Origin: Eledone cirrhosa
Lineage: Eukaryota
Assembly: GCA_964016885.1 (NCBI GenBank)
Contig: OZ024745.1
Location: forward strand, 12,214,001 to 12,278,000
Reading direction: 5' to 3'
Length of the DNA: 64,000 nt
Part shown: one piece after another, positions 1 through 11,550 of the stretch
How positions within the stretch are numbered: the stretch's first letter is position 1
How the letters are laid out: each line of letters starts with the position of its first letter
Program-made: the position numbers and the translations under genes
The notes under the pieces: generated by a model
Databases searched by the model: none
The model's input: only the letters and a program-made list of their open reading frames with translations
Told to the model about the DNA's origin: nothing

Positions 1-3000
1 ATACTATATCAGGTCTGTTTGCATCTATTTTTCGGTCTGTTTGGATGCTAAAGTTCCACAAGATTGAGATGTGATATTTTTCAAGTATGGGAGGTGGTTG
101 ATGCTCCTACCAATTCTTTTGATGGGGCAGGTCAAAATGCTTACACATTATCCAATGTATGTATTGTGCAGCTCTGTCATGCCTGTTTAGGTATTCGGTT
201 GGAGCTATAGGACTGCACATTGAAATTATATGGTCAATGGTCTCTGGTTGTTTTTTGCATACACGGCATAATGGGCTGCACCCATTTTTTATTATGTTGG
301 CTTGGTAATTTTTTGTTGGCAGACACTGATCTTGTGCCGATATAATCAGTCCTTCAGTCTCCGATTTCAGTCCAGAGGATGCCAACCACTGATGGGTTAA
401 AGTTTTGTCAACATCAGGATTGTTAGCTCGCTCTGGGTATTTTCCATACAGAGGCTTTTCTTGCCATTTCTTAGCCAGTTTCTGTAGCAGTTCTTTCTTT
501 GCAGTTACTTTTATCTGCTTTGCTTTTTCTGTGTTTTCCATTTCAGCAGTAAATGGGACTTCTGAAATTTGTAGTCCATTACTGTATCTTTGTGCATCTT
601 TTGTAATGTAATATGATCTTTTGATGCTTTCGTGTTTCAAAACGAGTTTGATCATCCAATCATGTGATTCCCTTAGATATCTAGATAATCCAATTCTTGC
701 AGTTTTCAACGCAATGTCTAACTGGATTAACCCACGTCCTCCTTCTTTCCTAGGGAGATATATTCTATCTATATCTGCCTTAGGGTGATGCATTCTGTGC
801 ATGGTTAAGAATTTTCGAATTTTTGTATCGAGCCTACGGATCTCTGTGCTTGACCAGTTGATGACATTGTAACTGTAGGTTACTACTGGTATGGCAAGCG
901 TGTTTATGGCATCGATCCTATTCCTTGCATTCAAATCCGTTCTTAAGATTGCTCTTACTCTGCGGTAACATTCCTTCCTTATCCTTTCCCTCATTGTCGA
1001 GTGCTTGATTCCGTCTCCTTCACAAACACCTAGATATTTGTAAGTTTTTTCTTGATCAAGTTCTCTTATCACGTTCCCCCGATCAAGATTAATGTCTGAA
1101 CTCTTCAGCAGCTTTCCTCTGGTGAACGTTGCTTTGGCGCATTTATCTAGTCCAAACTCCATTTTAATGTCATCACTGAACTGCTTCACAGTGGATAATA
1201 GTCCTTGCAATTGTTCATCATTTTTTGCAAATAGTTTCAGGTCATCCATGTAGAACAGGTGATTAATGGTTTTGTCATAGACTTTATATCCATGTTTTGT
1301 TTCATTGAGCATTTTACTTAATGGTATAAGTGCGATGCAGAATAAAAGCGGTGATAAAGAGTCACCCTGAAAAATTCCACAATTAATATTAACTTCTCCA
1401 GCTTCCAGTGATTTTGTTTCACTATTCAAAAGGAGTGTCGTTTTCCATGTCTTCATACTGAATGACAAAAACCTCCTGACAACGGGGGATACTTTGAAAA
1501 TTTCTAAACATTTTTCAATCCAACTGTGTGGCAAACTACCAAATGCTTTTTTATAATCTATCCAAGCAATCGATAGATTTTTGTGTCTATTATGACAATC
1601 TTCCAGTATCATTTTGTTAACCAGAAGCTTATCCTTACAGCCATATGAACCTCGTTTACACCCTTTCTGCTCAATGGGAAATAGGTCATTTGTTATCAGG
1701 TGGTCATATGTGTATTCAGTTAGGACTGATGTTAAAATTTTATACATTGTGGTCAAGCAAGTTATCGGTCTGTAATTTTTGGGATTGTTTGTCTCATCAT
1801 TCTTCGGTAGCAGGAATGTAATGCCGTTAACTAGCCATGAAGGTATCTTTTCTGGCTCCTTAACTATTTCATTGTAAAGTTGGGCTAACAGCTCATGAGA
1901 CTCTGTGAAGGCATTTATCCAAAAGTTTTGTATTTTGTCTTTTCCTGGGGATTTCCATTTGCTGGTTTTTCTTAGAGCCAAGCGCAACTGTTCAACTGTT
2001 ATATTTTCCCATGTTTGTTCCTCAAGGTGAGCTGTATCTTTCATTTGTCTGTCTATCCATGGAGCATGTATGTTATGAACTTTTTCTTCGGCCCAGATCT
2101 TTTCCCAGAATTCTTGCACTTCCTCCTTGGGTGGTATTGATTTAGCAGTTATTGTTGACTTACCAATTTTTCTGTAGATGTTTCTTTGGTTGTTTTTGAA
2201 CATATTATTCTTCTTATAGAATCTAGATCGTTTTTCAAAGCGCCTTATACGAGCAGCTTTGGCCGACACTTTTTGCTTGATTATTTCTATCAGCATGTCT
2301 ATGTCACATGTTGATTTTATACTGTACTTTTTTTTCAATTTTCTAAGTTTAGTTTGTTTAACATGTTCACCTACTTTATAGTTTGTTAAAATTTCTATGT
2401 CAGATCGGAGAAGGTTTATTTGGCGATTGATGTTCTCTTGCCAAGTAGACTTCTTGTGGGAATTCCTTTGTTTTTTCATCTTCACTCCACATAAGTGAGT
2501 GGTGACTTTAGCCGATGCATAATAGAGATGATTTAAATCAGTAATGTTTAGTTTGTTTGTGATGATAATGTTTTTGAGAATTATGTTAGTCTTGTGTATT
2601 ATCTTTTGGTTCTGTTTGGAGTTCTGGATCCTAGGGAGGGTGTCTCGTTGCCCCATGTCAGATTCTTTCATTTTCATCCATTCGATCATAATTTCATCCT
2701 TCAAGTTGGCAAGTTCATTCTCATTCATTTCTTTATCATTTACGATCTCATTATTTTCATTTGGAGTTTCATCCTGAGCATGCACTCCCTCCACTTTTTC
2801 GATCCTTTCTTTAATTTGTTCTGTTGCCAGTGATTCCGCCCCAACCCTGGGATTCGAAGTGTTACAGTTTACCTCGTTTTCACTGACACATGTTTCATTT
2901 TCCCTTCGCTGACTTTGTGCTAATAGCTTGATCTGATCAATTTCTATATCAGTTAGTAACTTTTTTCTTACAATATTTCTTCGTATATTGGCTAGTTTGT

Positions 3001-3534
3001 TACTGTCAATATAGCCTCTGTTTTCGGGATGTTTCTTTTTCCAGTTGATATATGTTTGTTCTGTATTCGATGTATTTGATGGGTAGTACATGGCAGTGTA
3101 GAAAGCCTCAAGGACTTCTTTATTATCTTCCCTTGACCATTTTTCTCTCTTTTTCTTTGGATTTCTTGGTGGTGAGCATGGAGGGCCAACAGTAGGAGTA
3201 TTCCGGTATAGGAGGTCTCCAGCTCCGAAGTGATGGGAAGGTTTGAACCATTAGCTGATTTTTCCACCCCAGTCTGGTTCCTCTCTGAGGGACGCGGCCC
3301 TTTTTTACAAGGGTGACGGCCGATCCGGTATGAGATTTTATCATTAGACATTTACTTTATTTTGTCGCGTTTTATCCTTATCCGCCAAGGGGTAATCATT
3401 TCGTGTTACCACTTCTAGAACGAGTGTCAACCAAGACTAGAGGGGTCGTTCTCCTCTAGAGACACGGCTATTCCCCGCCGGCCGCCATCCCGGTATTTCT
3501 TGGTCACGGGGTTTTCTTTTTGTTGTTTTTTTTT
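1..3534 (-). mobile_element. R4/Dong-clade non-LTR retrotransposon (RT + CCHC + restriction-like endonuclease), 5' end present, 3' end beyond window start
   Basis: The minus-strand ORF has RT motifs (NYRPITCL, WIDYKKAF, GIFQGDSLSP, YMDDLKLF), the R4/Dong-type PRKEGGRGL and W..K.LYG segments, and the CCHC knuckle CRVCKKQPETIDHIISMC. It has no APE domain. The 5' UTR spans about 3352-3520 and abuts a (TAA)n tract, the known Dong target. Confidence 0.92.
107..3091 (-). pseudogene. Dong/R4 single ORF (RT-CCHC-RLE), interrupted by a premature stop
   Basis: The 994-aa ORF stops at TAG 107-109 inside the conserved W-Y-E-H motif. The same frame continues to the window edge as EHQPPPILEKYHISILWNFSIQTDRKIDANRPDIV (RLE RPD motif). 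The frame is also open upstream without ATG to about 3250 (..KKREKWSREDNKEVLEAFYTAM), so the true start may be the ATG at 3351 plus a frameshift. Confidence 0.88.
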
Positions 3535-3536
3535 AA

Positions 3537-3578
3537 ATTGTTATTATTATTATTATTATTATTATTGTTATTGTTATT
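3537..3578. repeat. (TTA)n microsatellite; 3' tail/target of the second Dong element and 5' flank of the first
   Basis: Run of TTA units with a few TTG variants between the two minus-strand elements. Confidence 0.95.
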
Positions 3579-4647
3579 CCTTGAATCTCAGTCATTGATG
3601 TTGGTTAACTGGAAAGTCCGTTGGATTGAATATCAAGCCACTACCTGCAGCCTCAGATATTCAGGACGTATCGGAGGGTTCTTGCTGTTCCAAGCAAGCA
3701 TGCCTTTTGAAGCGTTCCAAAAAGCGTGAAGGGGCCGATTTTCTTTAACCATCCCTGGAAACTTTTGGAGATAGTCCCCAGTGCGCCTATGACAATCGGG
3801 ATCACTTTGACTTCATGGCAGTTCCAAATCCTTTTCACCTCCCACTTTAGGTCCTGGTATCGGTTAATTTTCTCCCTCTCCTTCTCTTGCACTCTCGTGT
3901 CGAACGGGCAGGCCACATCCACAATCAGGCACGATCTTTTTTCTTTGTCCACAACCACCAGGTCAGGTCTATTGTGTTCCAGTTTTTTGTCCGTCTGTAT
4001 CCTAAAATCCCACAGCACCTTCACCTGATTGTTCTCCATCACCGCCTCTGGCCTATGCTCATACCATTTCTCAGAATGTGGTAGATTGTTTACTTTGCAC
4101 AGGTGCCAGTGGATCACCCTTCCCATCACATCGTGTCTCCAGCCCTTATAGTGGGTCTGGGCTAGGTGTTTACACTCGGACACAATGTGAGCCACAGTCT
4201 CCTCTCTCTCTCCACAGATCCTGCACAGTGGGCTGGCCTCCTCCTTGTAGATATGGTGCTTCAACCACTTCGTTTTGAGGGCCTGCTCCTGCGCAGCCAT
4301 TAGCATTCCTTCTGTAGCCTTTTTGAGGTCTCCTCTTCTCAACCAGTTCCATGTCTGTGGATCTCTAAATTCAGTTTTCTCAAAGAAGGTATTATGAAGG
4401 GGTTTTCCCTTAAGGTTGCTCTTCCTCCTTGATGTTATTTCCTCCCTGGACATCCCCTGGCCTACTCTCCCCTCCTTCAGTACAGCTCTGAGCATTGGCT
4501 CCTTACTATAGGTCACGTATTTGTATAGGTTGTTTTTCTCCATCTGAACACAGTCCTCTATGCTGATAAGACCTCTTCCACCCTCAGATCTCCTTAGGTA
4601 GAGTCTATCGACATCACTCCTCTTGTGGAACATGTTGTAGATAGTCA

Positions 4648-4648
<1 letters not shown>
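3579..4648 (-). mobile_element. 5'-truncated R4/Dong-clade non-LTR retrotransposon (second, distinct family)
   Basis: Contains only the C-terminal ORF portion plus a ~75-bp 3' UTR (3579-3652). It is flanked by (TAA)n on both sides in element sense, and its protein is clearly diverged from the first Dong element. Confidence 0.9.
3653..4648 (-). pseudogene. C-terminal fragment of Dong/R4 ORF: CCHC knuckle and restriction-like endonuclease
   Basis: Motifs RRSEGGRGL, CRICGEREETVAHIVSEC, RHD, KWYEH, LWDF, RPDL, DVACPFD and KINRY. The frame is open to the natural stop but begins abruptly at the microsatellite (5' truncation). Confidence 0.88.

Positions 4649-4716
<68 letters not shown>
4648..4716. 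repeat. (ATT)23 perfect microsatellite
   Basis: 69 bp of perfect ATT between the Dong 5' truncation point and the Tx1-like 5' end. Confidence 0.97.
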
Positions 4717-4936
4717 GGCGACCTACGTAGTAAATCGTATTATCGTGAGCTCCGCAAAGGTTTGTTATTTTCAGTTGTTTAAAATTGCCATTTATGGAAA
4801 ATTTTTATTATTAACTGTATATGAATGCACATACATTGATCTCTGAAAAGGACACTCAAAAAGATTGGGGCCTTGAGCCCAAAATTTAAACTTTTATAAT
4901 TATCAAACAAAAAAGAAAAAATTTCTTTGAAAAATC

Positions 4937-6740
4937 ATGGCCGACTCACAGCTGAACCCAGTAGCTGAGAGCCTTCCTCACAAACTAACACCTCACACCG
5001 ACACCACCATTGTAAATATTACTACGTTTGCCAACACTAAAAATATAATCAGTAGCAATATTCTAAATTTGTCTTAGGCAGACATTCATTTCCCGCCATT
5101 ACCAATGACTGCAGGTGTTAAAGCCGCCACCCCAACCACCACAACAGCGACAACAGAAACAAAAGAAAAGAATAAATTAACTCGTGATATCGAAATGAAT
5201 TCAACCAAAATGAACTCTTCCACACCGAAAACCACTGACGCCACCACCACCACAACTGAAACTAAAATTAACAATAACAAGAATAACGATAACAACAACA
5301 GCAACAATGAAATTAAGAAAACCACCCTGAGTTTTGCCAGAGTAGCAAAAGAGTGCGAAGCATTCCAGGTAACTCAGGAGGAATTAGAAAATGCCAAAAA
5401 AATGGTAAAGAAAGATGGGTACAGGGTCAGCCTTCCCCTCTCCACCTAATAAAATGGAGCATCGGCGCCTATGCACCGTGTCTTATCGGACGATTAACAT
5501 AAAATCGCGCCGAGTGGAACGGGCATCCGAGTCCCAAATCCAAAAAGCTTTGGGACATGTGTGGGCAAAAAAAAACCACATCAGACGTGGGCAGAAATAT
5601 GGAACCGTGGACGTGTTCTTTGAAACACCACAGGAGGCCAGAGAACACTCCATGGCCCCATTAAGAAGTGACGACTTCACACTCGTCCCAAGCTATTGTG
5701 GCCAGAGACTTGTGAAGATCAGGGTGACCCACGTTCCACCGGCCATCGAAATTCCCTGGCTAATAGCTGCCGTCCTCGCCGGCATCGAAGCCAACACCAA
5801 GATAATCGAAACAGCGAAAGAAAAGCAAGAGAACTGGTCCGGATCTGGGATGGAGCTCCTGATCCAAGCGGACCAAAAAAGCATTGAGGAGATCCCAGAG
5901 GTAATAGACCTCACTGACGGTAGCCACCTCACCGTAATCGTCAAGGGCAGAAGGCCTAGGTGTGTCGCTTGTGATGAAGGAACCCACCTAAGGGCTTTCT
6001 GCCCTCAGGCTAAAAGATTGAGGCCACCTCTCTTACCCACCCCAGTGACTCAACCATCAACACCACCAGCAGCAGAGATGGCAGCAACAACTGTAGCAGC
6101 AACAACAGAAGCAACTGTAACAGCAACAACCCCAGCAACAGTAGCAAAACCAACACCACCACCACCCAACGCGCCAGAACTAGCACCAGCGCCTACACCA
6201 TCCACCACGCCACAACCAAAACCAACGCCTGTGGAGGATTTTCTACTCCCCGGCCTATCAAAACTGGAGACAGATTGTGACGACGAGGAGTGGGAAACGG
6301 TATCAGGAAAAAAGAAAAAAAGAAACCAAAAAAGAAAAAATTCTCTTCCCTCCCCCTCCAAAAACAAAATACAGAGGGAAACAAATAAACTATCAAACAA
6401 AAAAGTTAGGACAGATATGCCACCATCCACACCAGCATCACCAATCCCATCACCACAAACACCAACACCAACACCATCATTAACCCCAACACCACCATCA
6501 CCAACACCACAAAAGTCACCAAAAAGCGAAACAGAAACAAACCCACAACAAACGCAAACAAAACAAAACAACCAAAACGATAAACACTACACAGCATTAA
6601 ATTTGAACAACAACCAATTATTACACTACATCCAACACAACACCAGCATCACAGAAAAAGACTACACAACAACCCAAAAGTTCACACCACCTCAAGCATA
6701 CAAATCACTCGCATCACACAGAAAACGTACACGACACTAA
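4937..6740 (+). pseudogene. ORF1 (gag-like nucleic-acid-binding protein) of the Tx1-like element, disrupted
   Basis: The ATG at 4937 is in frame with ORF 5105-5449 except for TAG at 5075-5077. A frameshift near 5415-5449 leads into ORF 5415-6740, which has the knuckle RPRCVACDEGTHLRAFC, Pro/Thr-rich tracts and a W.TV..KKKKR motif. The true C-terminus may extend toward 6900. Confidence 0.75.
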
Positions 6741-6911
6741 AACAAAAATTCCCCAAAGACATCGGAGACTTCCGACAAGCACTCTCCGGGAGGATTTATA
6801 AGGACATCCTTCCGGAGGAGGCCACAAGCAGTGAAAAGGATGGACAAACCATCCTTCCTCTACGAGAAGTAAGGTAAGTGGTCTTTCCCATCTTTTCCAC
6901 TCCATTTCAAC

Positions 6912-9900
6912 ATGACGTCACTCAGAATAGGCAGCATAAATGCGCGTGGCTTGGGGTCGTCATGGAAGCAGGGCCACCTGCTCAACGACCTCAGGTCACT
7001 AAACATAGATGTAGTGGCCATCAGCGAGACCAGAATCTCCGAAACACGGGCCTTCGCACCGATCTTCGGCGGCTACGATGTGTACGCATCTCCCAGCCGT
7101 CCTGGATCGGGGAGAGGAGTTGCTGTGCTTTTTCGGAGAGGTTTGGATCTCGCCATACGGGCCCTCTTCCTGGACCCAGAAGGTAAGTTGGTGGTGCTGG
7201 ATGTGACCAGCGGAGACGGGCAAGCTTTCAGGCTAGTGGCCGTCTATGCCCCGACAGGAGCAGAGCGGCCTGATTTCTTCCGGCATCTGGAGACCTTTCT
7301 TGGAACGTTCCGCTCTTTAGTGTTAGTGGGCGACTGGAACAGGATCTTAGATGTACGCTGGGACTGTGTGGGATTAGCGGATAGGGGAGGAGGGTGCAAG
7401 AGCCTCACCAACCTGCTCAGGCGTTTTGAATTGTCTGACAGGTACCGATTGGATTTCTCGAATGTGCCAATGTGGACTTGGACAAATCGCATAGCGTCAT
7501 CCAGATCATATCTAGATAGAGTATTTTGTAGGGAAATAGATAGATCTAGCATAGGCTGTCCACAATTCAAGATAGTCAGCTACACGGACCACAAATTCGT
7601 GATCTGTGTGCTTGACTTAGATAGGCTTCATAGACGAGGACCCGGCTACTGGAAGCTAAACGCGTCTTTACCAGCGCGCAAGGCCTACAGAGACCGGATT
7701 AGCGAACTAGTTAAGCGGGCGTTGACGGGGGCCATCGTGAACAACAAGTGGTGGTTTGCTCTGAAAAGAGCGATTAGAATAGAGTCCATTAGGTTTAGTA
7801 AGGCTTTAGCAATAGTGAAAAATAGAGCAGAGGGAGAACTAGTTAGTAAATTAGACGAGGCGTTTAGCAAAGGCATCGCGACCGACGTACTTGCGGCGAA
7901 ATTGGCCCTTGACCAATTCTTCAATGCAAAGCACGAAGGCTGCGTTGTCAGAGCTAGGGTGTGTGCTCTCAGACACGAGGGGACGAAAGCCGTTCAATGG
8001 GCCCGAGTGGCGGAGGCGCGTCGTGGCAACAAAGCCACGATCCGGTCTTTGGTGGACCACGACGGGCACATGCTACTCGATCCTGGGCAAATGTGTGAAG
8101 CTTTCCAGCGACACTTCGCCCAGCTGTTCGGGGACAGCGGCGAGCCGGATCGAGGGATGGATTTTAGTGTCTACCTCGACGGACTGCCGCGGCTCTCGGC
8201 CATTGAGGCGGAGTGTTGCAAAAAGCCGATAACAGCCGCTGAATTACGGGGGCAATGACTGGCTGCACAAGGGGTAAATCGCCTGGTTTGGATGGTCTGC
8301 CCTATGAACTTTACGTACAGATGCCAGACTTGTTCGGAGGCCTCTTGGCGGACGTCTACTGCAACTGGCAACAGAACGGGGGAATTCCCAGCTCTGTGAG
8401 CCGAAGAGCGGTGGCGCTGCTGAGAAAGGATCCAAACAAGGGGGATAACATAGATAATTTCAGGCCCATAACTCTGCTAAACACAGAGTTCAAGATTTTG
8501 GCCAAGGTGCTAGCAAAGAGGTTGGCGCTTGTCGTTGGTGGTCTGGTAGGAGAGGCGCCATTCCCGACAGATCCATCCACGACAACCTCCACCTCATCCG
8601 ATACATCGTAGAGAGGGTAGCTAGGGAACCTGGCACGGGTGGGTCCTTGATCAATTTAGATCAGTCGAAAGCATTCGATAGGGTCGACCATCGTTACCTA
8701 GTAGCAGTCCTGAGGGCGGCTGGCTTTGGGCCCATCTTCAGAGGCTGGGTCGCTGCCATGCACAGCGACATCTGCTCTGTGGTGAGAGTGAACGGTCACT
8801 TTTCGGAACCGTTCAACATCATGCGCTCGGTCCGCCAAGGATGTCCCCTCTCGTCCCTCTTGTACGTATTGACTCTCGAGCCATTACTGCACAAACTGGA
8901 GACGTTGAGGGGGGTTCCGCGCGAACTAGGATGCGGAAGATCCGTGTCAGCATATGCGGACGATGTCACCGTAGTGGTGTCGAACGCTAAACACATCGAG
9001 GCGATCGGCACTACACAAACAGAATACGAAGCGGTGACAGGAGCAATGATCAACCAGGAAAAGTCAGTGGGCCTGCAGCTTGGCACCTGGAGAGGCAGGT
9101 CCATGCCGTCCAACAGCGTCGTCGGGCGCTGGACGGACGGACCGGTTAAATTGCTAGGGGTCTGGTTCGGTCTGGACCTCCAGACGGACAAAAACTGGGA
9201 CGAGGTGACGAGCGTGGCTTCTCTCACCCAGAAATGGGCGGAGAGGAAGCTATCCCTGAAAGGTCGAGCGGAGGTGGTAAACGCGTACATCGCGTCTGTT
9301 ATCTACTACCGCCTGACCGTCGTACCTTGTCCTAAGCCCCTCCTGACTGCACTGGAGCGTTTGCTCTTTCGCTTTTTGTGGAAGGGACGCGCTCCGATGG
9401 TCAGGCGGTCCATCTGCTGTCAACACCCGCTACGTGGAGGGCTGGGCATGCCGTGGCTGATGATGCGCAGACACGCGCTCAGGCTACGACATCTCCACCT
9501 CTTCCTCGACGGTGATCAGGTGTGGTCGCCGTTTGCTAGACGCGTCTTTCACAAGCTTGTCTCCTTGACGGAGCTGAAGTCCTGGGTCAAGCGAAGACCG
9601 AGAGGGAGCGCTTGGAAACTGGAATGTCTTCAGGCGCTCTCAGCCCTCGACCAATCGGGCAATGTGATCGATGGAAACTCCACCTTGGCGTTCTATAGAG
9701 GATCAGTGGAGGGGAAGAGCGACGACGTACTTGGAGAAACGCAACTAGCCAATCTCTTCGGAAGAACTTTCGGGCCGGGGCCTATGGACAACTTCCAGAA
9801 ATCCCTGGCCTGGCAGTGCTACCGAGGAGCTTTGCCAGCTCGGGATAAACTCTACAGGCATGGAGGTGCCGTCAGCCGGCCATGTCCGAGATGCGCACAG

Positions 9901-10298
9901 GGCGACGAAACCGTCTTGCACGCACTCGTCCAGTGTCCGAGCATTGCTGACTTGTGAGTTTATGTCGAACACCTGCTGTCGCGTGTAGGACGGATCCAGC
10001 TATCAGCTGAGTCCATCGTGAGGATTGCCCCGCCCTCCTCCTTTACCGGGAAGGGCAGGAAGTTTTTATCTGTCTGGTGGCCATGGCGAAAGAGATAGTA
10101 TGGTGGACACGTTTAAAAGAGCTGAAGACGAGCACTTACCTCTTCGGTGATGCCCTGATTAACTTTTTCAAATTTCATTTGAAAAGGAAAATCAGGGTAG
10201 AGAGGGAAGTGCTCTCTTCCCAGCATTTTGTTGAAAGATGGGTGAGAGAAGGAAGTATGGCCCGAGTGAATGGGCCTATTCTGAGTATGTGTCTGTAA
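6912..10298 (+). pseudogene. ORF2 (APE endonuclease - reverse transcriptase - CCHC) of the Tx1-like element, frameshifted
   Basis: Consecutive fragments 6912-8258 (APE), 8255-8611 (KSPGLDGLP, NFRPITLLN), 8647-9957 (RT core YADD, zinc finger) and 10077-10298. Frameshifts near 8255, 8560 and 10060, and an in-frame TGA at 9955-9957. Confidence 0.9.
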
Positions 10299-10529
10299 AT
10301 TAAAGGTAAAAAACTGGCACTTGCCCTGGTGGTCAGGGTCACTGTGGCCTTTTAATGGGCTTTCTCCACAAATGTCCCGCCGAAGTCTCCCCCCTATTGG
10401 GGAATTTTTCATTGTTATTTTTTGTTACATCCTGTTTTTGTTTTTTTTACACGCAGAAATGCCCATTTGTACCGTCCTGTATTGTCCTGTACTGTCCTTA
10501 ATGTCTACTTTATGTAAACCCTTTTGGTT

Positions 10530-10535
10530 AATAAA
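10530..10535 (+). promoter_or_regulatory. Polyadenylation signal AATAAA at the 3' end of the Tx1-like element
   Basis: AATAAA lies 6 nt before the terminal (ATT)n tract, at the expected L1/Tx1 position. Confidence 0.6.
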
Positions 10536-10541
10536 GAAAGC

Positions 10542-10583
10542 ATTATTATTATTATCATTATTACTATTGCTGTTGTTGTTGTT
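10542..10583. repeat. (ATT)n/(GTT)n degenerate microsatellite
   Basis: Seen directly between the Tx1 3' end and the SINE 5' end. Confidence 0.9.
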
Positions 10584-10771
10584 GACGGTGGATTGGCAGT
10601 ATCGGTAGAGGGTTGGACGCCATGCTTTGCAGCAAAAGAGTTACGGCCCTTTATGGTCTGAGTTCAAATCCCGCCCAGGTTAACTTTGCCTTTCGTCCTT
10701 ACAGGGTCGATAAAATAAAGTACCAGTAATACACTGAGATAATTGCTGGCCTTGTGCCAATAGTAGAAACC
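10584..10771 (+). mobile_element. tRNA-derived SINE (copy 1)
   Basis: A-box-like TGGCAGTATCGG (10594-10605) and B-box GAGTTCAAATCC (10660-10671). The central segment CTTTGCCTTTCGTCC..GGTCGATAAAATAAAGTACCAG resembles conserved invertebrate SINE central domains (Meta/MESC type, from recall, unverified). It ends in AGAAACC(ATT)n and is homologous to copy 2. Confidence 0.82.
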
Positions 10772-10882
10772 ATTATTATTGTTGTTGTTATTATTATTAT
10801 CATTGTTATTGTTGTTGTTGTTAATGTTACTATTATTATTGTTGTTGATGTTGTTGTTGTTGCTGCTATTATTATTATTATT
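10772..10882. repeat. Compound (ATT)n/(GTT)n microsatellite, SINE tail
   Basis: Mixed ATT/GTT/ATC triplets directly after the SINE. Confidence 0.92.
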
Positions 10883-11550
10883 ACAATAACACATATAACA
10901 ATATCCATGAAATTCAGAGAGAAAGTTTTAAATATATTTTCTCCTGTCTTTTGTGTAAGTGTATGTATGAATAATTTTAAAATGGTTTGCGAGGGTATTT
11001 TTTGTTCTTGTTATTATTATTATTTTGTTTTGTTTCTTTGGTTTGGGGGTGATTTCTTTTTATTTTAATTTTTATAACCTTTGCTCTGTTTTCTCTCTTT
11101 CCTTTTAGTTTATTTCTCTTTCAATGATTTTGATGTGGAAAGCAAATACAAAAATACAACTAGAATATATTTTAAACAACGTTTTTAAACATTGGCAATA
11201 AAAAATGAAGGCAAGTAATTTTCAAATGTCAGACGTTGCAATGAATGATATAGAATTGTAGTTATGGCCGAAAGCACATTTTAGTTGAAGAAAAACTGAT
11301 AATAAACTAAGAGAGAAGAAAAAATTCCCAGTTGGTCATTTATTTTTATATTTTCTCAATAGAGAGATATTGAGTCTAGATTGTGTTTTCAATTTGATGA
11401 AACTCTATTTACTAAATTGTCGCTCTAGGCGTCACTGGTTTTTCTACCACTAAAATAACGATTTTGGTCTAAAGGGGTACCAGTCTGGGGATACGGTAGT
11501 ATGTTGATTTTTTGTTGGTTTTATATGAAATATTCAATGATAATAATAAT

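Larger units (their letters stand above)
4717..10541 (+). mobile_element. Full-length Tx1/L1-clade non-LTR retrotransposon, inactivated
   Basis: 5' UTR, ORF1 with CX2CX4HX4C knuckle, ORF2 with APE (GSINARGL, ETR, VYAP, GDWN, YLDR, TDH), GPGYWKLN linker, RT (DQSKAFDRVDH, RQGCPLS, YADD) and C-terminal CPRC..ETVLH..QC. A 3' UTR with AATAAA follows, and (ATT)n lies on both flanks. Confidence 0.9.

Noticed and set aside
3520-4846. Poly-Leu ORFs (3520-3729, 4625-4846) resembling signal or membrane peptides
   Set aside because: They are translations of (TTA)n microsatellites.
5086-10412. Antisense and alternative-frame short ORFs within the Tx1 element
   Set aside because: They are shadow ORFs of compositionally biased coding sequence with no recognisable motifs.
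10584-10680. tRNA gene
   Set aside because: A and B boxes are present but no cloverleaf is evident, and the sequence continues into a SINE body and tail with a second copy nearby.
10664-11068. Poly-Asn/Ile/Val ORFs
   Set aside because: They are translations of the compound ATT/GTT microsatellite and SINE.
11465-11510. Possible DNA-transposon terminal fragment (TAAAGGGGTACC...)
   Set aside because: No matching inverted terminus or target-site duplication was found in the window.
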